A stretch of DNA of 64,000 bases from Pseudomonadota bacterium (GCA_039028055.1 JBCCIW010000001.1:1166-65165), one strand, 5' to 3'. Numbered from the stretch's first letter, positions 38,829 to 48,319 are shown. Numbers and translations are program-made. Notes: generated by a model from the sequence alone, not told the origin.

Positions 38829-41800
38829 TCAGGCGGCGCGCTCCGCCGCCGTTTGGGACCCTTCCCCCACGATCCGAGCGAGGATGGCGGCGGTATCGAC
38901 GCCCTCCCCGTGGGGCAGGAAGACCCGAAGCTGGAAGGCGATGATCTCGGTGAAACACCCGACCGCCTTCAGACCCTCGATGGCACCCTTATCGGCCCCG
39001 TCGATCTCGAGGCGGGCCGCGCCCGCGACGCGGCGGCGGGTGAGCGTGAGACCCCGGCCCAGATCGACCGGCGCGGTGGATCCGAGCGCGGCCGTCAGCA
39101 TGTCCTGCGGGGTTTTCGGTGTGCCGACCATGAACCGCGCACGCAAGGCCGCGGCGCCGTCCTCGCTGACGGTGCGACCAATCATGCTCCCCTGCCCCTC
39201 TGGCGTGACCCGGTAGATGCGCTCGTTGCCCGAGGGGATGTCCTTCCAGATCGGCAGCAGCAGCCCGGTCAGCAGGTAAAGCTTCGTCGTCGTCACCTTC
39301 GGCAGGCTGTTGGCCTCTTCATCCCAGAGGCGGCGGAACTCTGAGGGTTTGATCTCCTCCCAGGCGGTGGCCTGGAACTTCCCTTCCTCGACATAGGTGG
39401 ACCCGCTCGGCCGGATCACCTTGCGCATGAGCGTGACGATCTCTTCGTCATACATCTGCATCGGACGCGAGGAGATCAGCGCCGCACGTCCCGAGGCGCT
39501 GTTGATCATGGTCATCTTGTCGGGATTCCGGTCCAAAGCCCCTTCTGCGGAGAGGACATGCACGGGGTCCGTCACTTCGAGCCCGATGATCCGTGTCACC
39601 GCCCCGGAGCGCGGACAGGTCCAGAGGTCTTCCGCCGAGACCTGTTCGATCCTCTCGCCACGCAACGTCTCGACGCCGAGATCGAGCGTGCCAGCGGCCC
39701 GCGCCCGCTCGGTCTGATCGGCAATCCGGCTCATGAACTCGGCAAAAAGCGCATTCTGCATGTAGATCGGCAGGGCTAGGACACGGTTTAGGAAGCGTTG
39801 GATTGGTGGAAGCTCTTCGAGCAGCACGCCGTCCTGGTCGATCAGCCGCAAGGCGGTCCAATCCGTGAACTGCTCATAGCTCATGGCCCCGGCACGCCCG
39901 GCGGCCAGGTCGGCGTAATAGCCTCGCAGCGCACCCCTTGCGATCGGGCTCTCGAGATTGTCTTCCTCGCGGAACATGCCCTGGGAGCCGGTCTCGCGCT
40001 GGCCCTTGGTGAGCGCGCCCAACTGATCGAGGCGCCGAGCGATCGTGGAGGTGAAGCGCTTCTCGCCATGTACATCCGAGGTGCAGACCCGGAAGAACGG
40101 CGCTGACACCTGAGCCGAGCGATGGGTGCGCCCAAGCCCCTGGATCGCCGCATCGGCGCGCCAACCGGGTTCGAGCAGATAGTGCCGCCGCCGCTTCTGG
40201 TTCTTCGCCGTCTTTGCGGCATGGTAGGACCGGCCCGTCCCGCCGGCATCCGAGAAGATCAGAATATCCTTCTCGCCATCCATGAAGGCGCGGGTTTCCG
40301 AGGAATTGCTGCTCGCGGACCGCTTCTCGATGAAGAGGGCACCGTCGCTGGATTTCAGGGGCCGGATGGACCGCCCCGTCACCTCGGCCACGGCCTCGTC
40401 GCCGAAGGCCCAGAGGATCTGATCGAGTGCCGAGGGGATCGGCGCAAGCGCCATCAGCTCCATCATTGCCGCATCGCGCAAGGCCTCGGCCTCGCGCGAG
40501 ACGACCAGGGCGCCATTCGCATCCCGGAGCGGCTCGGCCACCATGTTTCCGTCGATCTCGACCAGCTTCTGGGCATGGATCGGGAAGGCCTGTTCGAGGT
40601 AACTTAGAACGTAGTCGCGCGGCGTGAGCGCTCCCTCGACCAGCTCGTCTTCGGGGTCCATCGCTTCAAGCCGGCGTTTCAACAGGCTCTCTCCAGTTGA
40701 GACCACCTGGATGACGCAGGCAAATCCCTCGGCCAAATCACTTTCAATGGCACGGATGACGGTCGGGGCTTTCATGCCCATCAGAAGGTGGTTGAAGAAA
40801 CGCTGTTTGGTGCTTTCGAAACGGGACTTGGCCGAGGCCTTGGCGGCGGAGGCGTTGGTCTGGCCGGAGGCATCGTTGACACCGGTCGCGGTCAGTGCCG
40901 CTTCGAGATTGTGATGGATCGTCCGGAAGGCCCCGGCATAGGCGTCGTAGATCTCGATCTGGGCGGGTGTGAGAGCATGTTCGAGCACGTCGTATTCCAC
41001 GCCGTCGAAGCTGAGTGCTCGCGCGGTGTAGAAGCCGAGCGTTTTGAGGTCGCGCGCCACGACTTCCATCGCGGCAACGCCTCCGGCCTCCATCGCCGAG
41101 ACGAAACTCTCCCGGCTCGGGAAGGGATATTCGGGCCCCTGCCCCCAGAGCCCGAGGCGTGAAGCATAGGCCAGATTCTGCACGCTGGTGGCGCCGGTTG
41201 CAGAGACATAGAAGACGCGGGCACGTGGCGCGGCCAGCTGCAGGCGCAGTCCAGCCATGCCCTGCTGGGAGGGCTTGACGCCCCTGCCCGCGTCGGACCC
41301 CGCGGCGTTCTGCATTGCGTGGGCCTCATCAAAAGCCAGCACTCCGTCGAACCCCTCGCCCATCCAGCCCAGAACCTGGCTCAACCGGGTCGTGCCGCAT
41401 TTGCCTGCGGACCGGAGTGTCGCGTAGGTCACAAAAAGGATGCCATCGCCCATGGAGATGGGCTGGTCAGGCTTCCATTTGGAGAGCGGTTGGATGTCGG
41501 CGGGCGAGCCGCCGAGGTCGGTCCAGTCGCGGATTGCGTCCTCGATGAGCGTGGCGGATTTGGATATCCAGACCGCCTTGCGACGACCCGCGAGCCAGTT
41601 CACCAGGATGAGCCCGGCGCATTCGCGGCCCTTGCCGCAGCCGGTGCCGTCGCCGAGGAAATACCCTAGGAGATAGGCGCGGGCCTCCGGATCGTCGTCG
41701 GCCCGGGTCATCCGGGTCTGGTCCTCGTCGATCGTGAACCGCCCCGGCAAGTCGCGTTCGTGCGCGTCGTTCGCCATGAGGATGGTCTCGAGCTGGGCCT

Positions 41801-43088
41801 CGGAGAGATGACCCTCCTCAATCAGCCGGGCAGGCAGGCGCAGACCTTCGGCGGTGTCGCTCGACGGAGCGGGCGGCGCCACCGAGGCCATGGCAATGCT
41901 CTCGACCAGCGGAGTCGGATGTTCCCGCGCACCCAAGATTTCGATCCGTTGCGGACGGTAGCGGGCATAGATGTCGGAGACCGGGGTGTTTTCGCGGGGC
42001 GTGGCGAGACAGGTGAAGGCCATCGGGAAAGCGGCATGGGATTTGGGTTTGGCAGACGCCGCCTGGGCGATTGGGCGCTTACGTGCAATAGGGACACCGA
42101 CCCGGCGCGAGTCAGTCCGAAACTGCGCACCGGTTTGGATCGAGGGAGCGGCAGTGCGGGTTGCGGCGATGTCATCGACAATTTCCCGCGCTTCATCCAG
42201 ATCGCCGACCGTTGTGCGGACGCATTTAATCTCCTCCCGCACCTTGTCGAAGACCATGAGCTGGGTTTCCACAGTGGTGCCGAGCTTGGCATAAACATGG
42301 CCGGGGATCGTGAGCGCAAGGCGCGGTTTTGCAATGGTTGATGCCCGCGCCCAATGGGCCGCGTCCCGTTCCGGCGAAAATCCCATGGGCATGATCGCCA
42401 CGAGACGTCCGCCGGGCGCCAGCCGTTTGGCAGCGCCGATCAGATGTTTCGCCGCGATGTGTTTGTCGCGCGAGCGGTCGACCGAAGAGGCGAAGGGCGG
42501 GTTCATTACGATGACGCCGGGAAGGTCGGGCACCGTCAGGAGATCATCTATATGCTCGGCGTCGAAATCGGTCACCTGCGTATCAAAGATCGCCTCGAGA
42601 AGCGCCCGTCGGAAGGGGTCGATCTCGTTCAGCATCGGTTTGCCACCCGCGCAAACTGCAAAACCAGCCAGCGCGCCGGTCCCGGCCGAAGGTTCGAGGA
42701 CGGTTTCGCCGGGGCGAATGGCGGCTGCGCGTATTACCAGTGCCGCAAAGGGCAGCGGCGTCGAGAACTGTTGCAGGCGAATCTGTTGCTCGGAGCGCCG
42801 GGTCTCCGTCAGGAGCCGTGACGCGAGCAGTTTGGCTGTCGCGAGCACGTCCGAACCGCTGCCCCGCATGATCGTCGTCACCGTGGAGGCCTGCATCAGG
42901 TCATAGGCCATGCGCCACGACCACGCGCCGCCGGCATCGCTACCGCCGAAGGTCTCGCGCATGATCCGAGCAAGCGATGAGCTCTTGAGCGGTTGCTTCT
43001 CAATCTCGCTGCCGATCAGGCGAATGGCCTGCCGAAGATGAGGTTTCGATGGGAAATCGCGTGCGAGTGCCGGGCTTCGGTTGTCCAT
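38829..43088 (-). CDS. N6-adenine methyltransferase fused to strawberry-notch-like SF2 helicase
   Basis: 1419 aa with MTase motif IV VIVMNPPFAS, helicase motif II LAFDEAHAMQNA and a long C-terminal region. Such proteins are typical large ICE/plasmid leading-region genes. Confidence 0.88.
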   Translation of the reverse strand: MDNRSPALARDFPSKPHLRQAIRLIGSEIEKQPLKSSSLARIMRETFGGSDAGGAWSWRMAYDLMQASTVTTIMRGSGSDVLATAKLLASRLLTETRRSEQQIRLQQFSTPLPFAALVIRAAAIRPGETVLEPSAGTGALAGFAVCAGGKPMLNEIDPFRRALLEAIFDTQVTDFDAEHIDDLLTVPDLPGVIVMNPPFASSVDRSRDKHIAAKHLIGAAKRLAPGGRLVAIMPMGFSPERDAAHWARASTIAKPRLALTIPGHVYAKLGTTVETQLMVFDKVREEIKCVRTTVGDLDEAREIVDDIAATRTAAPSIQTGAQFRTDSRRVGVPIARKRPIAQAASAKPKSHAAFPMAFTCLATPRENTPVSDIYARYRPQRIEILGAREHPTPLVESIAMASVAPPAPSSDTAEGLRLPARLIEEGHLSEAQLETILMANDAHERDLPGRFTIDEDQTRMTRADDDPEARAYLLGYFLGDGTGCGKGRECAGLILVNWLAGRRKAVWISKSATLIEDAIRDWTDLGGSPADIQPLSKWKPDQPISMGDGILFVTYATLRSAGKCGTTRLSQVLGWMGEGFDGVLAFDEAHAMQNAAGSDAGRGVKPSQQGMAGLRLQLAAPRARVFYVSATGATSVQNLAYASRLGLWGQGPEYPFPSRESFVSAMEAGGVAAMEVVARDLKTLGFYTARALSFDGVEYDVLEHALTPAQIEIYDAYAGAFRTIHHNLEAALTATGVNDASGQTNASAAKASAKSRFESTKQRFFNHLLMGMKAPTVIRAIESDLAEGFACVIQVVSTGESLLKRRLEAMDPEDELVEGALTPRDYVLSYLEQAFPIHAQKLVEIDGNMVAEPLRDANGALVVSREAEALRDAAMMELMALAPIPSALDQILWAFGDEAVAEVTGRSIRPLKSSDGALFIEKRSASSNSSETRAFMDGEKDILIFSDAGGTGRSYHAAKTAKNQKRRRHYLLEPGWRADAAIQGLGRTHRSAQVSAPFFRVCTSDVHGEKRFTSTIARRLDQLGALTKGQRETGSQGMFREEDNLESPIARGALRGYYADLAAGRAGAMSYEQFTDWTALRLIDQDGVLLEELPPIQRFLNRVLALPIYMQNALFAEFMSRIADQTERARAAGTLDLGVETLRGERIEQVSAEDLWTCPRSGAVTRIIGLEVTDPVHVLSAEGALDRNPDKMTMINSASGRAALISSRPMQMYDEEIVTLMRKVIRPSGSTYVEEGKFQATAWEEIKPSEFRRLWDEEANSLPKVTTTKLYLLTGLLLPIWKDIPSGNERIYRVTPEGQGSMIGRTVSEDGAAALRARFMVGTPKTPQDMLTAALGSTAPVDLGRGLTLTRRRVAGAARLEIDGADKGAIEGLKAVGCFTEIIAFQLRVFLPHGEGVDTAAILARIVGEGSQTAAERAA

Positions 43089-43132
43089 ATCGTCTGTCCT
43101 TTGAGTCAGGTTGCGGGTCTGACAAGACAGAA

Positions 43133-43168
43133 AGCCGCCTCTGCGCTTTCAAATGCGCGGAGGCGGCT
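43133..43168 (-). terminator. hairpin plus U-rich tract downstream of 43201..43857
   Basis: AGCCGCCTCTGCGC / GCGCGGAGGCGGCT (one mismatch) with an 8-nt loop, followed on the minus strand by TTCTGTCTTGTC. Confidence 0.45.
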
Positions 43169-43200
43169 CAAAGCTGGACAGATGACGACGCTGGCGGCGG

Positions 43201-43857
43201 TCAGGACCCCTTCCCGGCGAAGAACTCCGCCAGGACCGGACTCGCCGCACTCTTCGCCGAGCAGAGCAGTTCCGACCCCGCAAGCGAGGCTTTCGAAAGG
43301 CGCACTAGCCCGCCGGTTTCCTCGATGCGGTAGCAGCGACGCTTTTGCCCTCCGCGCCGGTAATGGGTGGCGGTCACGATCTGGCAGGTGCTGCCATCGG
43401 TCAGCGTCACCGGCGCGGCGAGCTTGATCCTGTCGCCCTCGTCGTAGTCCGGGATCGCCGCCCAGTCGCGGCAGCGCTGACGCCAAGCATGGGCATAGCT
43501 GTCGGGATCCTTCAACTCGGAGAGCAACGCCAGAAGGCTGAGCGGCGCGCGCGACTCCGCGGGCCGGGCGCTCTCCTCCATGTCCTTGTAGCCCCAGCAA
43601 CCATCATCATATCGCGTCAGGAAGACTGCTCCGAAGGTGAACGATCCGTCGGCATCGCTCACATAGGTTCTGTCCTCAACCGGCGCGCCTTTGATGTTTG
43701 TGACCTTCGCTGCTGCATACCAGGTCGACCCGACCTTGCAGGCCTTGAGCAACACCGTCTTGCGCGTATCCGTCTCGAAGGTGCAGAGCCGGGTGATTTC
43801 TGCCTTCTCGTCCGCGTAGGTTTTGACGCGGCGGTCGGTGTAAAAGACCCAGCCCAC
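43201..43857 (-). CDS. hypothetical leading-region protein
   Basis: 218 aa. The GTG start overlaps the upstream stop (TAGTG). Confidence 0.5.
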   Translation of the reverse strand: MGWVFYTDRRVKTYADEKAEITRLCTFETDTRKTVLLKACKVGSTWYAAAKVTNIKGAPVEDRTYVSDADGSFTFGAVFLTRYDDGCWGYKDMEESARPAESRAPLSLLALLSELKDPDSYAHAWRQRCRDWAAIPDYDEGDRIKLAAPVTLTDGSTCQIVTATHYRRGGQKRRCYRIEETGGLVRLSKASLAGSELLCSAKSAASPVLAEFFAGKGS

Positions 43858-44450
43858 TATGCCGCCCTCCGATCATCGATTTCGATGAGCGCATCGAGCG
43901 GCACGCGGTAGGGCAGCATCTCGTCGAAATCCTCGCAATTGCCGTGGTTCTGCACGATGGCATAGGTGTCGGTGGCGTCCTTCAGGATCACCCGGAACGT
44001 CCCGCCGAGACCGGAGGGCACGTCGTAGGTGCCGCCGATCAGGTAGTCAGCGGCGCGACGCAGGAAGACGCGGATCGTGTGGCCATCGGTCGCAAGCCGG
44101 ATAGTGTCGTGACCACGGTCGATAAGCATCTGCACGTCATCGAGAATGTCGGTGTAGAACTGGCCGGTCAGATCGCGGAACGTCGCCTGCCGCGCCGCCA
44201 TCCAATCCGGATCGCGGAACGGGTTGATGCCCTTGGCGAAAGCATATGTGGGATCGGCGCGTTCGGTGGTGACGATCCGCGTGGTCGAACCGTCGATGCC
44301 ATTGGAGCGCAGATGCACACCATTGCCGACGATCAGGATCAGGGCGGGTTTGCCCACCGGCCCGTTCCAGTTGGGAAGGAGGGTGGAGCAGCCGCGCGCA
44401 TGCGCGATCTGCGCCGCGACGCTGGTCGCGGTAAAGCTGAGAAGTGCCAT
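43857..44450 (-). CDS. hypothetical leading-region protein
   Basis: Preferred start MALLSFTATS at 44450. 197 aa. Confidence 0.5.
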   Translation of the reverse strand: MALLSFTATSVAAQIAHARGCSTLLPNWNGPVGKPALILIVGNGVHLRSNGIDGSTTRIVTTERADPTYAFAKGINPFRDPDWMAARQATFRDLTGQFYTDILDDVQMLIDRGHDTIRLATDGHTIRVFLRRAADYLIGGTYDVPSGLGGTFRVILKDATDTYAIVQNHGNCEDFDEMLPYRVPLDALIEIDDRRAA

Positions 44451-44520
44451 GGGATTTACCTGTAAGATGGAGGGAAGGGTGCGACCCGCGCCGGACATGC
44501 CGAGCGGGCCGCCTGCTCGA

Positions 44521-46494
44521 TCAGGCCGCTTCTGCGACCTCGGTTTCGTCTTCGGGTGTCTCGGCCTCGCTGGCATCAACCGGCTCGACACCTGCCGTCT
44601 GCATCATCGGCGGACACCAGGCCGCGACCGCCGCGCGCTGCGCCTCCGTCAGCGTGGCGAAAGGCTCCGCAAAGAGCTTGTCGCAGAATTCGACGACTTG
44701 CTTCTTGGTCGAGGAGGCCAATGTCACCGCCTCTTGTGCGAGCCCCAGCTCCTCGCCGAGGATCTTCAGAAGCCAGGCCTTCTTGAAGCGGTTGAAAAGC
44801 GCCGCGTTCGGCGTCCAATGCGCCCGGATGTCCGGCATGATCTCCACCTCGAAATCATGCATCAGGCTGTCACGCTGCCGGTCCCGTGCGAAGCAGGACT
44901 GCGTGGTCGCCGCCGTGGCATAGGCCACGAGTTTGGCCTTCTCGCCCGCATCGAGCGCCCGGAAGAGCGCGAACTGGTCGGCGGGGGATTTCGCATCATC
45001 GGCCCAGGAGAGGTCGAGCGCGTCATGCGCTGCCGCCACCTGTTCGAGCGATGTGCCGTCGATCTCGTCCATCTTGGCGTGAGTGCGATATTCCTGGCGC
45101 GCATCGACCTTGAACGCCTGGGTGACCCCCATGCCGCTGGTCAGCACATCCGTAACCAGCTTGAAGAGCGTGAGATCGAGCGTCGCCTCCGGGTGCATCG
45201 CCATTGCCGCGCCGAGCGCCATCGCCCGCTCGGTCTTCAGGTCCTCGGTGAGCGAGGCGGGATAGGTGATCTGATCGCCGTCTACGGCGCCGTTGTCGCT
45301 CGGTGCACCGGTGCCTTTGCCAGAACGCTCCGCCTTCTCTTCAGGGCGCACCATCCCGACATGCAGGGAGATCTTGCCATGCGACCATGACGCGATCACG
45401 CCGGAACGGGCAAGATCCTCGGTGCTATAGGCCTCCTGGAGGTCCCGCGCCTCGGCTTCCAGCGCGTCCACGCTTTCGTAGAGTTCATTATACGCCTCAT
45501 CCTCGAGCTCTTCGTTTTCCATCCCGTGTTCGAGCTTCTCAAGCTCGGCGGTGATCTCGTCCACGCGCTGCTGGCCCTTCTCGTCGGGTTCGACCGGACC
45601 GGGATAGACCCGGCCATAATCCGCCATGGCGGCATAATCGTACTGGATGACCGCATCCGCCCAGGCAAAGCCGATCTCTGCCCGCGCCTCTTCGGCGGCG
45701 GCGGCGAGTTTCTCCAGCAGGATCGTTTCGACCAGCGCGGAATCCTCGAGCACGGAATGCTCGTCCAGCAGATCGGCCGCGATTGCACCGCCACGTGCCT
45801 CGTAGTCTTTGCGCACGAAGGCACCGATATCGTCGCTGACCTGGACGCCGCGGGACTTCAGCGCGTTCCGAACGGTGTAGGCCTGAATGTAGTTGTCCTC
45901 TTTGGTCAGCGCCTCGAAGACCTCGCGTTGCACCTCCTGGCTCGGGTGATCGGCGAAGGCCTTCATCGTATCGAGCGTGATCGATTTGGCGCGGGCCGCG
46001 GCGCGGATGTCGGGATGGATGAGTCCGTAGCGCAACCGGCCTTTGACAGCGGCGACCGTGGTACCGAAGGTCCTGGCGATGGTTTCCGGCGTCTGGCCAT
46101 CGACCTCCATCATCCGCGCGAAGGCCTCGAACTCGTCGATGGCATTCATCGGCGCCTGGGTGATATTCTCCGCCAGCGAGAGCGCGGTGGTCACATCACA
46201 ATCGTCGGGGACCAGCCGGCAATCGATCTTCGTGCGGTTGGTGAATCCCTTGGCCGTCTTGTCCGCAGCAAGTTCCAGCAGGGCCGCGTGACGACGGCCA
46301 CCGGCGAGCACCCCGAACTTGCCGTCGATCTTCTGAACGAGCAGCGGTTGCAGAAGGCCCAATACGGCGATGCTGGCCTTGAGATGCGCGATATTCTCGG
46401 AGGCGTAGGTCTCGGGGGAATTGGTCCGTACGTTCGCGGGATGGGCGACAAGATCGCCGATGGCGACGGTGGTGGGTTTGAACGACTGAGTCAT
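44521..46494 (-). CDS. ParB-like nuclease/partition-domain protein (large)
   Basis: Preferred start MTQSFKPTTV. ParB N-terminal box LLQPLLVQKIDGKFGVLAGGRRHAAL. 657 aa. Confidence 0.85.
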   Translation of the reverse strand: MTQSFKPTTVAIGDLVAHPANVRTNSPETYASENIAHLKASIAVLGLLQPLLVQKIDGKFGVLAGGRRHAALLELAADKTAKGFTNRTKIDCRLVPDDCDVTTALSLAENITQAPMNAIDEFEAFARMMEVDGQTPETIARTFGTTVAAVKGRLRYGLIHPDIRAAARAKSITLDTMKAFADHPSQEVQREVFEALTKEDNYIQAYTVRNALKSRGVQVSDDIGAFVRKDYEARGGAIAADLLDEHSVLEDSALVETILLEKLAAAAEEARAEIGFAWADAVIQYDYAAMADYGRVYPGPVEPDEKGQQRVDEITAELEKLEHGMENEELEDEAYNELYESVDALEAEARDLQEAYSTEDLARSGVIASWSHGKISLHVGMVRPEEKAERSGKGTGAPSDNGAVDGDQITYPASLTEDLKTERAMALGAAMAMHPEATLDLTLFKLVTDVLTSGMGVTQAFKVDARQEYRTHAKMDEIDGTSLEQVAAAHDALDLSWADDAKSPADQFALFRALDAGEKAKLVAYATAATTQSCFARDRQRDSLMHDFEVEIMPDIRAHWTPNAALFNRFKKAWLLKILGEELGLAQEAVTLASSTKKQVVEFCDKLFAEPFATLTEAQRAAVAAWCPPMMQTAGVEPVDASEAETPEDETEVAEAA

Positions 46495-46642
46495 GACATG
46501 TCCTTCTCGACGTGATTGAGAGGGCCGCGAGTTTCCGTGCGACCGATCCCCGGATCCGGGAACCAACAGGACAAGAGGCCCACTTTCCCTTTCGGAGGGT
46601 CAGCGGGCCTGTCGGTGATGTAAGGTTGGGGTGCGGCCTGCC

Positions 46643-47032
46643 CTACCAGTCGCGCGCCATCATGATGGTAAGAACGCGCATGGTGGTTTCTGGATTGTCG
46701 GGAGCCTCGGCGCCGTAGCGGAAGTCGGAACCGGCCTCGTAGAGGTCAATTTTCCAGAACACGGTCTCGCCGCGGATCGTCACCGCCCCGAAATCGTGCC
46801 AGCCCTCGGGATCGTTGTCCGGCTCGAATGTATCGAACGCACCGGTTGCCTGAATGGCCTCCGTCACGAAACCATCGCCTGCCTCGATCAAGGACTGGGT
46901 TACAACCAGCCGGCCCTGGATCGCCTGATCTGGAGCGATGCCCAGACAGGCAAACCTGCGGAAGGCATCGTTCTGGGAGGCGATGACGGTGGCATTCGGT
47001 CCGGGAAAATCTGCGGGTTCGGCATGGCTCAT
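46643..47032 (-). CDS. DUF3768-like protein
   Basis: Preferred start MSHAEPADF with RBS AAAGGACAGACCC. 129 aa. It lies between ArdC and ParB, as in many alphaproteobacterial conjugative elements (family recalled from memory). Confidence 0.55.
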   Translation of the reverse strand: MSHAEPADFPGPNATVIASQNDAFRRFACLGIAPDQAIQGRLVVTQSLIEAGDGFVTEAIQATGAFDTFEPDNDPEGWHDFGAVTIRGETVFWKIDLYEAGSDFRYGAEAPDNPETTMRVLTIMMARDW

Positions 47033-47123
47033 GGGTCTGTCCTTTCGGGATGTGTTGAAACCACCAGACCCAAAGCCAGCTTTTCCTTTCACCACGCCTT
47101 GCCAGCCCGGACAGCCCCGGACG

Positions 47124-48047
47124 TCATGCGGCCTGTTCCCCCTGCCCCGCCTCCGAGGCCGCGACGAGATAGTCACAGGCACGCTGCGCGTCCGCCGCAT
47201 GTTTGAAGATCGCCCGCTTGTCCGAGCGGAGTACGCGGACCCAGTTGTCGAGATAGGCCGCGTTCAGCTCCAGCGTATGCGCGGAGAACCCCAGCTTCTG
47301 ACCCAAAAACACCGTGCAAAGCTCGGCCACAATCTCCTCGCGGGCATAGGCCGTGTTTCCAAACCGAGCGTCGCCGTAGTTGCGGTTCAACCGATGCCGA
47401 GGTTTCGTCCAGTGACCCAGCTCGTGACCCCAGACGGCGTAGAAATTCCGCGGGTTCTCGAAGAGCTCGATCGGGGGCATGTAAATCTTGTCGAGGTTCG
47501 GGACATAACATGCTTCCCGACCAGAGAAGCTGACATTGGCACCGATTGCCTCGAAGAAGCTCTGCATATGCAGGATCGGTGCGCGTTCGGGATAAACTTC
47601 CGGTTCAGACGCAACGGGATGAAAGCGAGGGTCCAACCCCTCGATCTGATCGGCGTTAAAGACACGGTAGGATTTCATGAAGGGGATGGTTTTGGGGTCT
47701 TCGGTTTCCGCCTCCCCGCCGTGGGCGCTTTCGGCCTGTTCGCGCTCGGCCGTTCCGTAATAGACGACCACCGACGATTTCGAGCCCTTGATGACTTTCG
47801 CATCGAGCTCGTTCGCCTGCCTCAACGTCATCCAGTAAGGCGAGGAATATCCTGCCATCATGGTGCGCATGGTCAGCAAGAAGTTGTTGACGCCCTGGTA
47901 GGGTTCGCCGTTCTGGCGGAGCGGCACGGAACTGCCGCCGACCGTCCATGGCTTGCGCCAGGGCAGCACGCCCCGGTCGATGATCTTAATGAGTTCGTTG
48001 GTGATCGATGCCGCGGCGTCGAACTTTGGTTTGCTGGATTTGGCCAT
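47124..48047 (-). CDS. ardC: ArdC-type antirestriction protein (ssDNA-binding N-domain plus zincin metalloprotease)
   Basis: Preferred start MAKSSKPKFD with RBS GGAGA. N-terminal LPWRKPW motif and C-terminal HELGHWT (HExxH). Confidence 0.88.
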   Translation of the reverse strand: MAKSSKPKFDAAASITNELIKIIDRGVLPWRKPWTVGGSSVPLRQNGEPYQGVNNFLLTMRTMMAGYSSPYWMTLRQANELDAKVIKGSKSSVVVYYGTAEREQAESAHGGEAETEDPKTIPFMKSYRVFNADQIEGLDPRFHPVASEPEVYPERAPILHMQSFFEAIGANVSFSGREACYVPNLDKIYMPPIELFENPRNFYAVWGHELGHWTKPRHRLNRNYGDARFGNTAYAREEIVAELCTVFLGQKLGFSAHTLELNAAYLDNWVRVLRSDKRAIFKHAADAQRACDYLVAASEAGQGEQAA

Positions 48048-48319
48048 GATGATCTCCGATGTCTGGTAAGTATGCAGACCCGGAGGTACCGTCAGGGAAA
48101 CACCCTTGGAGGGGACGGCAGGGTCCGTCCAGAACCCTGCCAGACCCCCACCCCGTGTCTCTGGATCCGGCAAAACCCAAAGCTTGCTTTTACTTTTTTC
48201 ATATCGCTGACACGAAATGTCTTTCGGCATCCGTCCAGCGGAAGCCCAAAAATCTCGACCAGCTGACCCTAAGACCCTTGAGCAAGACACCGAATTCGCT
48301 CATTCAGTGATCCCCATGT

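Larger units (their letters stand above)
6150..48300. mobile_element. ICE / conjugative-plasmid-like element (VirB-type MPF, T4CP, relaxase, oriT candidate, leading-region genes); no recombinase detected
   Basis: GC and coding density drop at 6150-6850. A complete conjugation gene set lies at 8.6-26.4 kb, and ArdC/ParB/methylase-helicase genes at 26.9-48.3 kb. The element abuts the tRNA genes at 48320. The boundaries are approximate. Confidence 0.65.

Noticed and set aside
109-48266. Many long antisense or overlapping ORFs (for example 109..714 -, 3217..3936 -, 10754..11530 -, 19049..20002 -, 23465..24937 +, 24998..25885 +, 29010..29972 +, 44224..45390 +, 45526..46515 +, 46938..48266 +, 52724..53347 +)
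   Set aside because: These are shadow ORFs, expected in 60-65% GC DNA. They lie opposite genes with clear family motifs, are rich in Arg/Pro/Gly/His, and lack RBS or operon logic.
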